Origin: Okamejei kenojei | Taxonomy: Eukaryota | NCBI GenBank assembly: GCA_035221665.1 | Contig: CM069135.1 | Coordinates: forward strand, 63,922,001-63,986,000 | Length of the DNA stretch: 64,000 nt | Direction of reading: 5' to 3' | Part shown: positions 1-12,857 of the stretch, piece after piece | How positions within the stretch are numbered: position 1 is the first letter of the stretch | Layout: every line of letters starts with the position of its first letter | Position numbers and translations under genes: made by a program | The notes under the pieces: generated by a model | The model's input: only the letters and a program-made list of their open reading frames with translations | Told to the model about the DNA's origin: nothing | Databases searched by the model: none

Positions 1-218
1 ATAGTTTTTGTTTAAAAAAAAATCAATTTAACTTGAAACAAATTATATTGGAAAACAATCCTAAAATATAACTTAACATTACTTCATTATTTGAAAACTC
101 TTTAAAAAAAGATGACCACACTATATCCTAGTTTGATAACACTGGTACTTTTAAACACTGCATTTCCAGCTGTTGAAATGCATGTATGGTTAAAATGGAA
201 TAATGATCCTAGCACATA

Positions 219-1846
219 CAGTGGCGTGCAAAAGTATTCATACCCCTTGAACTTTTCCACATTTTGTCATGTTACAACCACAAACGTAAATGTATTATAT
301 TGGGATTTAATGTGATAGACCAACACAAAGTGGTGCATAATTGTGAAGTAGAAGGAAAATGATACATGGTTTCCAAATTTTATTACAAATAAAAAACTGA
401 AAAGTGTGGCGTGCAAAAGTATTCAGCCCCCCTGAGTCAATACTTTGTAGAACCACCTTTCGCTGCAATTACAGCTGCAAGTCTTTTGGGGTATGTCTCT
501 ACCAGCTTTGCACATCTAGAGACTGAAATTTGTGCCCATTCTTCTTTGCAAAATAGCTCAAGCTCAGTCGGATTGGATGGAGAGCGGCTGTGAACAGCAA
601 TTGTCAAGTCTTGCCAGAGATTCTCAATTGGATTTAGGTCTGGACTTTGACTGGGCCATTCTAACACATGAATATGCTTTGATCTAAACCATTCCATTGT
701 AGCTCTGGCTTTATGTTTAGGGTTGTTGTCCTGCTGGAAGGTGAACCTCCGCCCCAGTCTCAAGTCTTTTGCAGACTCTAACAGGTTTTCTTCCAAGATT
801 GCCCTGTATTTGGCTCCATCCAACTCCCCATCAACTCTGACCAGCTTCCCTGTCCCTGCTGAAGAAAAGCATCCCCACAGCATGATGCTGCCACCACCAT
901 GTTTCACAATGGGGATCGTGTGTTCAGAGTGATGTACAGTGTTAGTTTTCCACCACAACTAGCGTTTTGCATTTATGCCAAAAACTTCAATTTTGGTCTC
1001 ATCAGACCAGAGCACCTTCCTCCACATGTTTGCTGTGTCCCCCACATGGCTTGTGGCAAACTGCAAATGGGACTTCTTATGGCTTTGTTTCAACAATGGC
1101 TTTCTTCTTGCCACTCTTCCATAAAGACCCAATTTGTGGAGTGCACGACTAATAGTTGTCCTGTGGACAGAATCTCCCACCTGAGCTGTGGATCTCTGCA
1201 GCTCCTCCAGAGTTCCCATGGGTCTCTTGGCTGCTTCTCTAATCAATGCTCTCCTTGCCCGGCCTGTCAGTTTAGGTGGACGGCCATGTCTTGGTAGGTT
1301 TGCAGTTGTGCCATACTCTTTCCATTTTCGGATGATGGATTGAACAGTGCTCCGTGAGATGTTCAAAGCTTGGGATATTTTTTTATAACCTAACCCTGCT
1401 TTAAACTTCTCCACAACTTTATCCCTGACCTGTCTGGTGTGTTCCTTGGGCTTCATGATGCCCAAGGAACATTGTTTGTTCACTAATGTTCTCTAACAAA
1501 CCTCTGAGGCCTTCACAGAACAGCTGTGTTTATACTGAGATTAGATTACACACAAGTGGACTCTATTTACTAATTAGGTGACTTCTGAAGGCAATTGGTT
1601 GCACTGGATTTTATTTAGGGGTATCAGAGTAAAGGGGGCTGAATACTTTTGCACGCCACACTTTTCAGTTTTTTATTTGTAAAAAGATTTGAAAGCCATG
1701 TATCATTTTCCTCCCACTTCACAATTATGCGCCACTTTGTGTTGGTCTATCACATACAATGCTAATAAAATACATTTACGTTTGTGGTTGCAACGTGACA
1801 AAATGTGGAAAAGTTCAAGGGGTATGAATACTTTTGCAAGCCACTG
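219..1846 (-). mobile_element. Tc1 (IR/DR type, DD34E) DNA transposon, full length, copy 1
   Basis: TA|CAGTGGCGTGCAAAAGTATTCATACCCC ... GGGGTATGAATACTTTTGCAAGCCACTG|TA; ~210-bp TIRs, each with an inner direct repeat of the terminal motif (~406-430 and ~1635-1660); transposase on the minus strand. Confidence 0.97.
437..1456 (-). pseudogene. Tc1 transposase (339 codons) with one premature stop at 959-961
   Basis: ORFs 959..1483 and 437..958 are in the same frame: MKPKEH...GRPPKL (paired-like HTH), WSDETK, QQDNNPKH, SPDLNPIENLW (D-34-E spacing counted); TAG TTG where copy 2 has TAT GTG. Confidence 0.95.
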
Positions 1847-2184
1847 TATATATACCAAACGACTTGCTGCCAATTTAACTCTTAAATTGGTTCTATCTCT
1901 ATTGTTCAGCCAAATTTCAACTCATGATGCCACCCTTAACATCAAATCAAGTCTTCCAACAAACACTTTGTTTATCAATGCTGTTCTGAAAATATTTTAT
2001 GGAACACTCGCTGCATTAGCCTATATCTCTCTATTTGGATTTCTTTCAAATAGTTTAGTAATATTTGTGAACAAAAACCTGCAACACAAAATCATGAGTG
2101 TGCTGAAAAGCTTGCTTTGATTTGTTTAAGGTATGCAAAATCAAATTTGCACGTCCCAATATTGTAAGTTCTGGTAATCCTTAC

Positions 2185-2269
2185 CAAGTTAATCAATTGA
2201 GAATGCACAATATCTTCAATCAAAACTGCAGTCTCCTGGAGAGGTCGACGGGCATCCCCAAGAGCATAC
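2185..2269 (-). CDS. SUPT3H: SUPT3H (SPT3 homolog, SAGA/STAGA subunit), internal coding exon equivalent to human exon 3
   Basis: Minus strand: pyrimidine tract and tttgtag|G TAT GCT CTT GGG GAT GCC CGT CGA ... ATT AAC TTG|gtaagg; 85 bp; encodes [28 protein letters not shown] versus recalled human [28 protein letters not shown]. Confidence 0.95.
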
Positions 2270-3749
2270 CTACAAAGCAAAGAAGAAGAAATAACTTAAC
2301 ATATTGTTTCTGGAAAAACACACTCCATTAATACTCCTTAAAAATTAAAACCATTCCACATGGCTAAAAACTGCTTTTGTGTAATGATTAATTAATATTG
2401 CAGAATCAAGCTCAAATATGTTTGTATGAATGGGAAAGAAGTTCAAATCATACCTTTTAGAATAAAGCCTTCAGAATTCATATTTTGCTTTTAAAAAACC
2501 TCCAAACTCCTATTACTCAAATGAATAGCAGTCAAAGTTACGGCCTCTTTTACCGCTGGTTCTACCTGGTGACGGCAACTTTGTGAAATAGAATGCTCCA
2601 CTACTGCCTAATATTATACCTTCACACACTGACTGGCAGTAGTGCCTATTAGCTGACAATTAAACACTGGCTTTGAATTTAAATACTGATGATTTTGACC
2701 AATTTGAAACAATAAAGCAAGTTGGAAATGTATTGACTTCATAAGCCAATAACACGAATTTGGGTAAAAGACTAATGGGATGTAAAATTCTGCATTGGTC
2801 AATAATCATTGCTAATATTCAAAGCAGCCCAAAGTTATTTTCACAAGTCTTCAAGTAGCTTATACATCAGTCTGGAAACCAATGTTTTGTAAAATATTTT
2901 CAGCAGTGGATTCACCACCTTGTGCCATATATATTCACTTGCCTTAGCAAATTAATATCACTTAGAACACCATTCCATCCAAATGACCACATGATGATGT
3001 AACAGTTGATGGCGCACTTCTACTGTGGCTTTTTTTTGAAACCCACTTAAATTGTGACAGGTTTCTATATTAACATTTCCTCCTCACAGCTTTCCCTTAG
3101 GCTGTCTGCTAAATTATTTCCCACGCAAAGCAATGACCATATCATCACAGCAGATGCTGAGAAAGAGGAAGAAACCAAACTTGCTCACCAGCCACAGCCA
3201 CTTCCTTTACATCAAATGATTATTTTCGGTCACTGGAAACACAGGCCTAAACTGAAGGTGTGTGCTAGTCAGGACAGATTTTTTTACTGGCAGTTGCAAG
3301 TTCTCCCGTATTTTTTGTGTCCCATTGAAAAATACTTTACTTATCACTTTACCCATGACTATCTCATTTACCAGTTAATGAACTCTTCAACAACTACAAT
3401 CTTTAGAAGGCAATTTTTACTTCGATATGCAAGTCTGATAAAATCGATAGAATCTTAGAACTGTAAACCGATAACTCACTAGGTCTGAAGTTACACCAAA
3501 GGAAGTGCTTACTTGGTTCTGCTCTGATTCCTGCATCGTGCAACTTCGTAAAACCTATTGTATATTCTGTTTCCACCTTTGCAGTATTAATTGCTAATAT
3601 TTAGACTAGTCTCTTTTATTTCAATTTCTCGTAATGATTACTTATCCTGCTCAGTACAAGATATTAGAAACACTGATTAAAGCAGTATATCAAAGTCGAG
3701 ATGTCACTCCACGGAGATCACTGACAAATCCCAGAAAGTATCTTAATGG

Positions 3750-4250
3750 AATCAGAGAATCAGCACAGAACCAGGTCTTCGGCCCACTAAGAACACACTA
3801 ACCTATTTGCCATTCTATACTAATGCCATTTTCCTACATTAGGTCTGTATCTTTTAGTGCATATTTAAATTCCTGTCTTAATGTCTCTAATACATAGTGA
3901 TCATACCTGATTCCACCAAATCTGGTAGAGAGTTTCAGATATCAACCATTCTCTGCATAAAATGCTTTCCACTTAAATCCGCTTTCTTTCAACTTAAACA
4001 GATTCCTCTACCATTTGAATATCTACCCTACCTATGCTTCCTATAAGCTTCTATTCGGTCACCTTCAGCCTCCAACCTAAGGGAAAAAACAAGCCTATCC
4101 AATCTCGCTCCATAACTAAAGATCTCCAATCCAGGCAATGTCCCAGTGAATCTCCTCTGCACTAGTGCAATGCAATCACATCCTTCTAATAGCGTGGTAA
4201 CTAATGCACAATAGTGCAAATGCAATCTAACCAGTGTTTTGTAAGGTTGC
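3750..4250 (-). mobile_element. Old CR1 LINE 3' fragment
   Basis: ORF 4028..4225 VQRRFTGTLPGLEIFSYGARLDRLVFSL matches the CR1 ORF2 C-terminus. Confidence 0.8.
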
Positions 4251-4309
4251 TGATCAAGGTGTCTCTATAAACGTTGGGTACTTTTAATGCAACATTACTA
4301 CTGTCTGTT

Positions 4310-4590
4310 TATTTTGCTCCATGGATGCTGTCTGAGATGCTGCCTGTCCCGCTAAGTTACTCCAGCATTTTGTGTCTATCTTTAGTTTAAACCAGCATCT
4401 GCAGTTTCTACCTACACATGCTGCCTGATTGCTGAGTTCCTCCAGTACTTCGTTCCTCGACTACTGTTGCTGGAATCGTTAGCAAAAAGGATAAAGTATT
4501 GGAAGAACTCAGCAGCGAGGCAGCATCCATGGAGGAACAAGGTCTGTGTGAGAATGGGACGGAGAATTAAAGTGTTTAGCAACCAGGAGA
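4310..4590. repeat. Penelope-derived terminal-repeat fragments
   Basis: GATGCTGCCTGTCCCGCTAAGTTACTCCAGCATTTTGTGTC motif, shared with the Penelope ends elsewhere in the window. Confidence 0.7.
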
Positions 4591-4596
4591 TCAGGT

Positions 4597-5150
4597 AATA
4601 ATAATAATAATAATAATAATAAATACTTTATTAATCCCCTCAGGGAAATTCAGATGTCCCGAAGCCCCCAAACAACAAACCCACACATCAAAACAAATGC
4701 AGACAGAAAATACATAAAATACAATGTGGACACTACCCGAGAGCAATAAATACTTAAAAAGACCAATAATTAACAATTAAAAATTAAAAAATGCAAAAAT
4801 GCATCCCCCTACAGCCTAGCCATCCGAATTATAAAATATAATGGCTGCAGCGATGAAGGATCTCCTGCACCGCTCCGTTCTACAGCGCAGGAAGAGGAGT
4901 CGGTTGATGTTCCGAGTGCTCTTTTGACTCTCCAGAATTACATGGAGGCAGTGACTCCAACTCTCCCGGGCGGGAGAAATTATATCTCAAGCGGAAGAGC
5001 GGGAGATTTTGCTAAAATGGCCTTTCAGCGGGCGATCTCCCGCCGAAAGCGGGAGAGTTGGAGTCACTGTGGAGGGGATGCCCGGGGTTTTTCAGGATGA
5101 CCTGCACCTTGTGCCTCATACGCCTCTCAAGCACATCCATCCCAGAGTCC
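4597..5150 (-). mobile_element. Rex1/Babar LINE 3' end with (TTA)n tail
   Basis: Reverse complement reads PGHPLHV...RLLFLRCRTERCRRSFIAAAI; 3' end AATTTCCCTGAGGGGATTAATAAAG followed by (TTA)n. Confidence 0.8.
4949..5069. mobile_element. 121-bp MITE with 20-bp perfect TIRs and a 6-bp TSD (TGGAGG)
   Basis: CAGTGACTCCAACTCTCCCG ... CGGGAGAGTTGGAGTCACTG; TGGAGG at 4943-4948 and 5070-5075; removing the MITE restores the Rex1 PGHPLH codons. Confidence 0.92.
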
Positions 5151-5289
5151 ACTCTCCCCTTGAGAGCCAATTTTCACCCTTGATCATCTGCCTGGATTTT
5201 CTATGTTCATGTACAGGACATCAACAATTTATTAACAATATACTTTGCATGCATATTGATAAACATTGATTGATTGAAAAGGAAGCCAT

Positions 5290-5500
5290 TTGGCCTTCCA
5301 GGGACCTGGTTTTGATCCTAACACATTGCTACCGTGTGGAATAAGCATGATTGCCATATGACAGTGTGGGTTTCCTCTGGGTACCCACAAAGAAACCAGG
5401 TGCTGGCGGGTTACCCCTTGATGTAGTGCGTCAAAAGAATCAATGTGGAAGTTGAGCAAGAATAAGTTGCAGGTGCACAGGGAAAATAGGATGAGCATAA
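5290..5500 (+). mobile_element. Degenerate V-SINE fragment
   Basis: B-box-like GGTTTTGATCC and V-domain-like GTGTGGGTTTCCTCTGGGTAC. Confidence 0.45.
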
Positions 5501-5669
5501 CATTTTCCTGTGTAGGAACAGTCTATAGACAGATGGGATGCACTTGCCAGTTCACAAAACAATAAACACAAAGTACTGGAGTAACTCAGCAGTATCCCTG
5601 GAAGTCATAAATAGTTTGGTTGAGACGAGTTAGATGTCACAAGGATGAAGATCATATGGTTGTTACATT

Positions 5670-6260
5670 TCATCCCATCCACCTCTGCATTCAACACATC
5701 ATTCTCCAACATTTCTGCAGCCTCAAACGTGATTGGGGATGATCAGCCATGATCACATTGAATGGCGGTGCTGGCTCAAAGGGCCGAATGGCCTATTCCT
5801 GCACCTATTGTCTATTGTGATCCCACCACCAGGCACATAATCCCATCTCCACCTTTTTCTGCTTTCCAGAGAGACCTCTCCCTCCTCAACTCTTTGGGTC
5901 ACTCATCCCTTCCTACCCAAACCACCACCTCTCCAGGTGCCCCCTGCCACAGCAGGAGATATAACACTTGCCCCTACACCTCCTCACTCACCATCCATCA
6001 TGGGACCCCAGCAGCCCTTCCAAGTGAACCAGGCACCTCCTCCAACCACATGATGAGGGCAATCAAACACCTTCACCTGTACAGATCTATCCCTTGCCAG
6101 GCTTTCTCCTGCCCCCACCGCTCTTCCAGCTTTCTCCCCCAAGCTACACTCAGTCCGTAGAGGGGTCCCGACCCAAAATGTCTCCCCCCCCCCCCCCCTT
6201 TTCGTGTTTCCAGAGATGTTGCCTGAACCATTGAGTTACTCCAGCACATTGTCTTTTTTA
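5670..6260 (+). mobile_element. Penelope-like element (PLE) 3' fragment
   Basis: DPTTRHIIPSPPFSAFQRDLSLLNSL...PCHSRRYNTCPY linker as in the 24606..24983 ORF; ends in the PLE terminal repeat with a decayed hammerhead core near 6151-6183. Confidence 0.85.
5731..5818 (+). mobile_element. Severely 5'-truncated CR1 insertion (3' UTR only) inside the PLE
   Basis: GATTGGGGATGATCAGCCATGATCAC...GCACCTATTGTCTATTG, the same 3' UTR as CR1 copies ending at ~42020, 49680 and 53300; host sequence resumes at GTGATCCCACC. Confidence 0.85.
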
Positions 6261-7139
6261 GGAACATTCAATGCTTTGCTGCAATAGCGATGGATCTTAT
6301 ATTTGGTCACAGGTACAACATAATTACGAAGAGTAACATTCCAGTTTCATCTCAAGTATAACTTCTATATTATAACTCTCCATAACTGACATTCATTCCT
6401 TCTCCAGTTCATTTTGAACCCTGAATACATATATAACACAACACTACCTCCAGAATTTTTTGGAATCATTTTCCCTTTTCCCCCTCAAATTAACCTTTGT
6501 GTGACCGGGCGATATAATTTATCTCGATCTGAATACCTCTTTGTTTCCATTTTCCCTTGTTGTCAATTCAATTATTTTCAATCAACGTTTCTTCACCAAT
6601 AGCTTTATAAATGCTGTTCCTCACCTCCTTACTTAAATCAAACCTACCCTCACTTGCATCGAGGTACAGCAGTTTGTTTCTCCCCCTTCCCCCTAAGTGC
6701 AGCAGTTTGCTTCTCTCCATCACCACCCTGAGTCAGTTTGCTGTAATAGAATATCAGCATTTATGAATAGCTCAATTGAAACCATTTTACCTAAAAAAAC
6801 GTTATCATTTAAAATCTACATTGTGTTCAAACCCTTTTGTGGGATTGTCTGTCCCTGCAAATTCCTCGAGTTCTTTAACTCTCAGAACTCCACATTCCTT
6901 TGATCCTGTCCTCCCTTGCATCTTCAATATATTTTGCTTCACCATTAGCGCCCAGGAATTCCACTATCAAATAGTTAGGTAATACTCAGTGTTAACTTTG
7001 CACAATAATGCTTTCACTAAATTTTGCAAGCGATGATTATCAAGGAGCCTGGAGAGAGTGGTGAGGGGTGAGGCCAAGTAACGTAAGGGTGGGGCTGGAT
7101 GTACAAGATTGGAGATTGGATATCTGAGATTTGGAAGTG

Positions 7140-7730
7140 GGCCAAGGTTAAAAACAGTCTACCGGACCTGTCTCCATCGACGGGACGGCAGTGGAGAGCT
7201 TCAACAGCAGCAAGTTCCTGGTCATGCATATCTCATATGTCCTGGACCCAGCACATTGACGCATAATGACTGGTTGCATAATTACCTGGTTTGATAACAA
7301 TGCCCAAGAATAAAGGAGGATGCAGAGAGTGGTAAACATTACTGACCTGCTCACCATCAAAGGGATCTTTCAGAGTTGCTGCCAATAATGCAGCCAACTT
7401 CAAGGACCCACACCACCTTGGCCATGCTCTCATTTTGCTACTGCTATCAGAAAGATGGTACAGGAGCCATCTGATGATCAGATTCAAAAACAGCTTACTT
7501 TCCAGGAACCATAACATGCACAACACTAAGCATAACCTCAGTAACCATGATTTTCACTACACTGAGTTTTTGGTGTACTGCGGACTTCGATTTTGAATTA
7601 TTATAGTTACCTAGTAATAGTGTTATCAATTTGTTGTATTATTGATTATCATATATTTGTGTTATTGCACTATTGGGCTTGTCAAGCTGCAACAAATAAG
7701 TGTAATTGTTCCACCGGTAAAGATGACATA
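7140..7730 (+). mobile_element. Old Rex1/Babar-like LINE 3' fragment
   Basis: AAGGACCCACACCACCTTGGCCATGCTCTC...AGATTCAAAAACAGCTT resembles the copy at 50230-50720. Confidence 0.6.
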
Positions 7731-7992
7731 TGCATTATGTCTAATTAACCTGTTAATTTGCGACTAGATAAATCATGCGTTCGTATTAATGACCATTCAT
7801 TGACAGCTCTAGAAAGGATACTACCCTAGGATTCAGATAACAAACATTCCTCATGTGTGACTTTCATTTGTCTGGAGTTGCAACAATATCCCTTTCCACC
7901 TGCACCTCCGCGCTAACTTTCATGTGGCATGAAAGACATTCAGAGATTAGTATCTTTGATTGATATTACTACCTTTGATATTGCAAAACATC

Positions 7993-9745
7993 TCTACCAT
8001 GCACTGTAGATGGAATCTCCGGAACAGCTAATATCACGGAGTTATGGCGACAACATTATGGTACTTTATTCAACTATGTTCAAAGTGATTTATATATGGT
8101 GGACAATATTGAGAGTAATGACTTAATGGTGATTATGTCACATGAGGTGTATCATGCCATGAACAAGCTGTCCAACAACAAAGCAAGTGGCTTGGATCAT
8201 ATTTCTGCTGAACATCTTAAGTATGCGTGTATGATGATAGCCCCTCTCCTTGCTATTTGTTTCACTACTTTATGATTCATGGCTTGTTACCAGACTCACT
8301 GTTGTCTGTTCTGTTAGTGCTGGTCATTAAGGACAAAGCTGGTAAAGTAGGGAGCCTAAATAATTAAAGGCCCATAGCTTTTGCCAGCATATTGTCAAAA
8401 GTCTTAGAAAGAGTTCTGCTGGATAGAGTAAATGAGCTTGTTAACTCCACAGATAACCAGTTTGGTTTTAAAGCTAAACATGGCACTGATGTGCATATAT
8501 GCCCTAAAGGAGATTGTAAACAAATATAGAGGCAAAAACTCTTCAATTCTTTTGTGCTTTATTGATGCATCCAAAGCCTTTGATCGTGTTAATCACAGAA
8601 AGCTGTTTGTTAAAATGAGTCAAAAAAAGGGGTGCCTAAATACATTGTGAGAATTCTGGCTTACTGGTATGCCCACCAGACTATGCAAATAAAATGGGGC
8701 AATAGGGTCTCAGCCCCATTTGGGGTTAGCAATGGTGTTAGACAAGGGGAAATTTTGTCCCCAGTCCTTTTTAATCTTTATATTGATGATCTGTCCAAAC
8801 AATTGAAAGCCTGTCATACTTGGTGCATGATTGGTAATATTTTAGTTATGTTATTATGTATACCATATTACCATATTATGTATGCAGATGATATTGTGGC
8901 CTTTAGTCTATCTAGCACTGGTCTCCAGCAGCTCCTTACTATATGTTCTGTGTAGGGTGTGGAACATAATATTAAATATAATGCTTGTAAGAGTGCTGTT
9001 ATGATCTATAGAACCAAAGAGGCTAATTGTCTAAAATTTCCTGATTTTAAATTGTCTGACAATAATCTTAGTCTGTAATAAGGTAAAATATCTTGGGCAT
9101 TTTATTACAGAACAAATGACAGATGATGAGGATATTTATAGGCAACAACGTATGCTGTATGTACAGGCGAATATTCTCTTGCGTACGTTTGGTGCGTGTG
9201 GTGAAGATATCGCTGTTTAGAGTATATTGCACTCCACTCTATTATGCGCACCTGTGTTTGAACTACAGTAAGACAAGTTTGCAAAGACTAAAGGTGGCCT
9301 ATAATGATGCAATGGGAACACTGCTAAGGAAACTTAGATGGTGTAGTGCTAGTAACATGTTTGTGGCTGCAGGAGTTAGTACTTTAGAAGCTATCCTAAG
9401 AAATCATACGTATAAATTCATTTGCAGGATAAATGACTTTAAAAATGTAATTATTGTTGCCTTATCAAACATAAGGTTTAGCAATACACGCTACGAATCC
9501 AAGTTGTGGAGACACTGGTATCGCTGTCTCGTTGTAGGACACTGATTTTTCTCTTTTATTCTGGATTTTAAATCATGTTTTGTGTTCTTTTTAATATATA
9601 ATTTATGATGCTTTTATAAGTGATATACTAAGATTTTATATGTATTTTATGATGTTTTTATATGCAATGTATTTTTATGTAATGTTGTCCCTTGTCTGGA
9701 CCTTGAGTCCGAAATAAAGTTTATTAATTAAATATTGATATTGAA
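7993..9745 (+). mobile_element. 5'-truncated non-LTR retrotransposon, probably RTEX clade, RT pseudogene
   Basis: GFKAKHGTD-CIYALKE, LCFIDASKAFDRVNH, NGVRQGEILSPVLFNLYIDDL, YADD, C-terminal LKVAYNDAM...CSASNMF; frameshifts and stops; AATAAAG at ~9713. Confidence 0.8.
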
Positions 9746-9809
9746 TTGGTAACTCCACTCTGTGAGACAGAAAAAATGCATTTTATGATCAGTCGTACTA
9801 TCGGATACA

Positions 9810-9990
9810 TATTCCACCTTTCCTGGGCCATCGGTGCCATTTGTTCTGTGCCTTTTCATACCTCTAGTTTCCCTTTCCCCTGACTCTCAATCTGTAGAAG
9901 GGTCTCGACTCGAAACATCACCCATTTCCTTTTCTCCAGAGATGTTTCCTGACTCATTGAGTTACTACAGCATTTTGTGTCTTTCCTTGA
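9810..9990 (+). repeat. PLE terminal repeat with decayed hammerhead core
   Basis: TCTGTAGAAGGGTCTCGACTCGAAACATCACCC...GAGTTACTACAGCATTTTGTGTC. Confidence 0.75.
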
Positions 9991-10829
9991 ACCGATCAGT
10001 ATCCTGATCAGTTCAAATCATAGCTCGAGTCATATGCAATGTGTTGTCTCGTCTTCCATCCACTCATTCTTGAGTGAGGAGATCCTTGCCTTACATGCCA
10101 AAAACATGAAGGAATTATGGAAATTCCTCAAATGCATTATCCTGGCACCAATTCATAAGTTAGTCTACATCAGCAATTCTGAGGTAAGGGCTGGGATGCA
10201 CATCATGTCCAAACTATGCTTCTTTCCTTCCATTCTACTTTAAGAAGCTTCAGCACATGTTCTCCTTGAAAAATAAAATAGCCTTTTGAATTTATTTGAC
10301 TCATACTGGAATGTGCATAATTCAATCTGAATGAAAAAAACATTTTTCGAATGTAACACAATATACTGAAACAGGAAATCAGCATTATTCAAATTTACAG
10401 AGTTGCTCAATAAGGTAAACAACATTCAATCCCAAATTACATCTGAACTTTGTTAACGATAAGTGCATATATGGAAAAATTAATGAAGGAAATTTGGTCT
10501 TCTTCTTATAACTTGTGGTTGGAATAGTGAACAAAAGCTACATTTTGTAGCTACGTATAACATAAAGCCATAACTTTATATAAGATAAACATATAGGTTT
10601 AGAAACTATTTTATATTACTCAACATGTAATATGGTGAATTTATCCCAAAGAACTGGAAAATGTATTTTTATTAAACAAATATGCTAACAGATTTCCCAT
10701 GCTACTGCTCATGATGAACTGGATGTTTTATAAGAACAAGGAGTTATGCCAAGTAGTATTAACAGGGATATTGATTTATAGGCAAGAATGCTGAAGCATA
10801 ATATTTAGTGGACGATTAGTGAGTTTGCT

Positions 10830-11110
10830 GAGTTTCCTCTCTCCTACATGCTGACTCACCACCACTCGTAATTCAGCCAACAACTGTGGAATAGTCTGCA
10901 AATTTGTAGATGGCACTGGAGCTACACATTCATGGATGTAAAGAGTGTAGAGCAGGGGACTAAAAATGCAGCCTTGAGGTGTATCCGTGTTAGTAGTCAA
11001 TGAGGAATGTTACCATTTCACATTGATCAAGGTCAACCGATGAGGATGTCAAATATCCAGTTGCAAAGGGAGGTATGGAAGCTCTTCGCCATCCACTTAA
11101 CCGGTGCTGT
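10830..11110 (-). mobile_element. Rex1/Babar RT fragment
   Basis: ORF 10776..11000 TNTDTPQGCIFSPLLYTLYIHECVA. Confidence 0.75.
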
Positions 11111-12084
11111 ACTATTTGGTTTCTCTCTGTATGCAGGAAGAAGCACAGCCGGGTCATCTGATCTTTCTGAAATGAATGCAAGGGATGAAGCAAATTGGAT
11201 AAAACTCATTCCACACTCAGATATGATCTTGAGCTTTCAATTCCTCTTAAGAAAATTTCAAATTTTAAACTGGGCAGTACGTGTCCAAACCATGTTGGGC
11301 CTACTGTTAAAAGAGAAGATATAAAGATGTACACTTGTGTCACAACAGGCATTGCAGGGAAGGCTTATCACATGATCATTTTCCAAAGGAAAAAAGCAGA
11401 TAATACAAAAATATGGGTAAATGAACACACCTAAATACAACATCGTTATTTTTTTGATGCCTTTTTTCTATTTGTATGAATTGTGCTTTGTTACCATAAA
11501 TACTGAGCTATTGAATTGCATTGGCTGCTGGTTGAAAAGGAAAATTGTATTATTTCTGGGTGGGTACAAGGCAGACAAATGATTTACTGTATATCGTTCT
11601 GGAACATTTCAGTCTGCAGAGCTTTATTTATCAAATGTGGAGCCATGTTGTCTGTTTAATAAAGGCAATAGGCTTTCAGTAAGTGATACTATTGGTTTGG
11701 AAGAAGGTTTGAAATACTGTACTGGCTTGTATATTACTGATCAGTCTCTCAAAGCAATGTGGGCCAAAATGTTTTTAAAAATGCATTTAGCAATATGATA
11801 AAGCCATAAATTTTGGGGAAAAGCCTAAATTAATTTTTGTTCTACTTTTAAGGATTTCAGTTTAAACATAATTTTAGCACTTCAAAAGTTTGACTTTTCA
11901 CAAAACTGATATAAAGATGGAGCTGGACAGTACAAAATGAAGATGGAACAATTTAGCAAGCAAAATCTACTGGAGTAAAGCAAGTATTTTTCCACAGATC
12001 ATCTTCTTGCAAAATAAATCATCTATCATCATCCAAACCAACAGAACACAATGCTTACGAGGGTGTGGTAAGATAGTGAAAACA

Positions 12085-12470
12085 ATATGTCTGGAATATC
12101 TTGCTGTGAAGTGTTGTCCCTACGAACTGCCACACAAATTCACTTCAGCTCTCACAAAAACAGTCTACATCCCATCTTTGCGGATGCTAAGCTTGGAAAA
12201 AAGAACTGTACACTGTTACCAATCGTCTTGAAACAAAGTATCCCAAGGCCTTGTACATAATAGCTGGGGCGTTCAATTAGACCAACCTAAAGAGTGTAGG
12301 AAGGAACTGCAGATGCTGGTATAAATCGAAAATAGACACAAAAAGCTGGAGTAACTCAGCGAGATAGGCAGCATCTCTGGAGAGAAGGAAGGGGTGACGC
12401 TTTGGGTTGAGACCTAAAGGGTGTCCTACCAAATAACTATCATCATATCTTCTGTCCACCAGAACTTACA
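12085..12470 (+). mobile_element. Rex1-like endonuclease fragment interrupted by a minus-strand PLE end (~12294-12415)
   Basis: LEYLAVKCCPYELPHKFTSA...VYIP; AGGAACTGCAGATGCTGG...GACACAAAAAGCTGGAGTAACTCAGC insert. Confidence 0.65.
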
Positions 12471-12857
12471 CAATCTTTATTCATGAAGGCTCAATTTGAA
12501 ATCAATCTACCTGAAATAAAAACAGAAATGTTGCAAATTAACAGGTCACGCAGCAACTGTCAGGTAGAGAGATCTGTAGGTTTTTTTTTCAGATTTATGA
12601 CGTCCCAGTTATGATGCAACGGCATTAATGTGCAATATTACCTTTGTTTCTCTGTCCACTGATGCTGCCTAAGCATTCACATTATTTTCTTTTTACTTAC
12701 ATTTTCAAGCATCCTGGTGTTTTATTTTAACATGTTTACCATTTCTTATTTTTTCTCATTACCCAGCTATCTCTCACTAATTAGTTGCTCTGTGCTGCAA
12801 ATTAGTTTATCATTCTCCTTTCTATTGCATCGAATCTCATTACATATATTGCATATG

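Noticed and set aside
3054-3458. 134-aa ORF and other short ORFs in AT-rich unique DNA
   Set aside because: No recognisable domains, non-ATG starts and no convincing splice context; consistent with chance ORFs.
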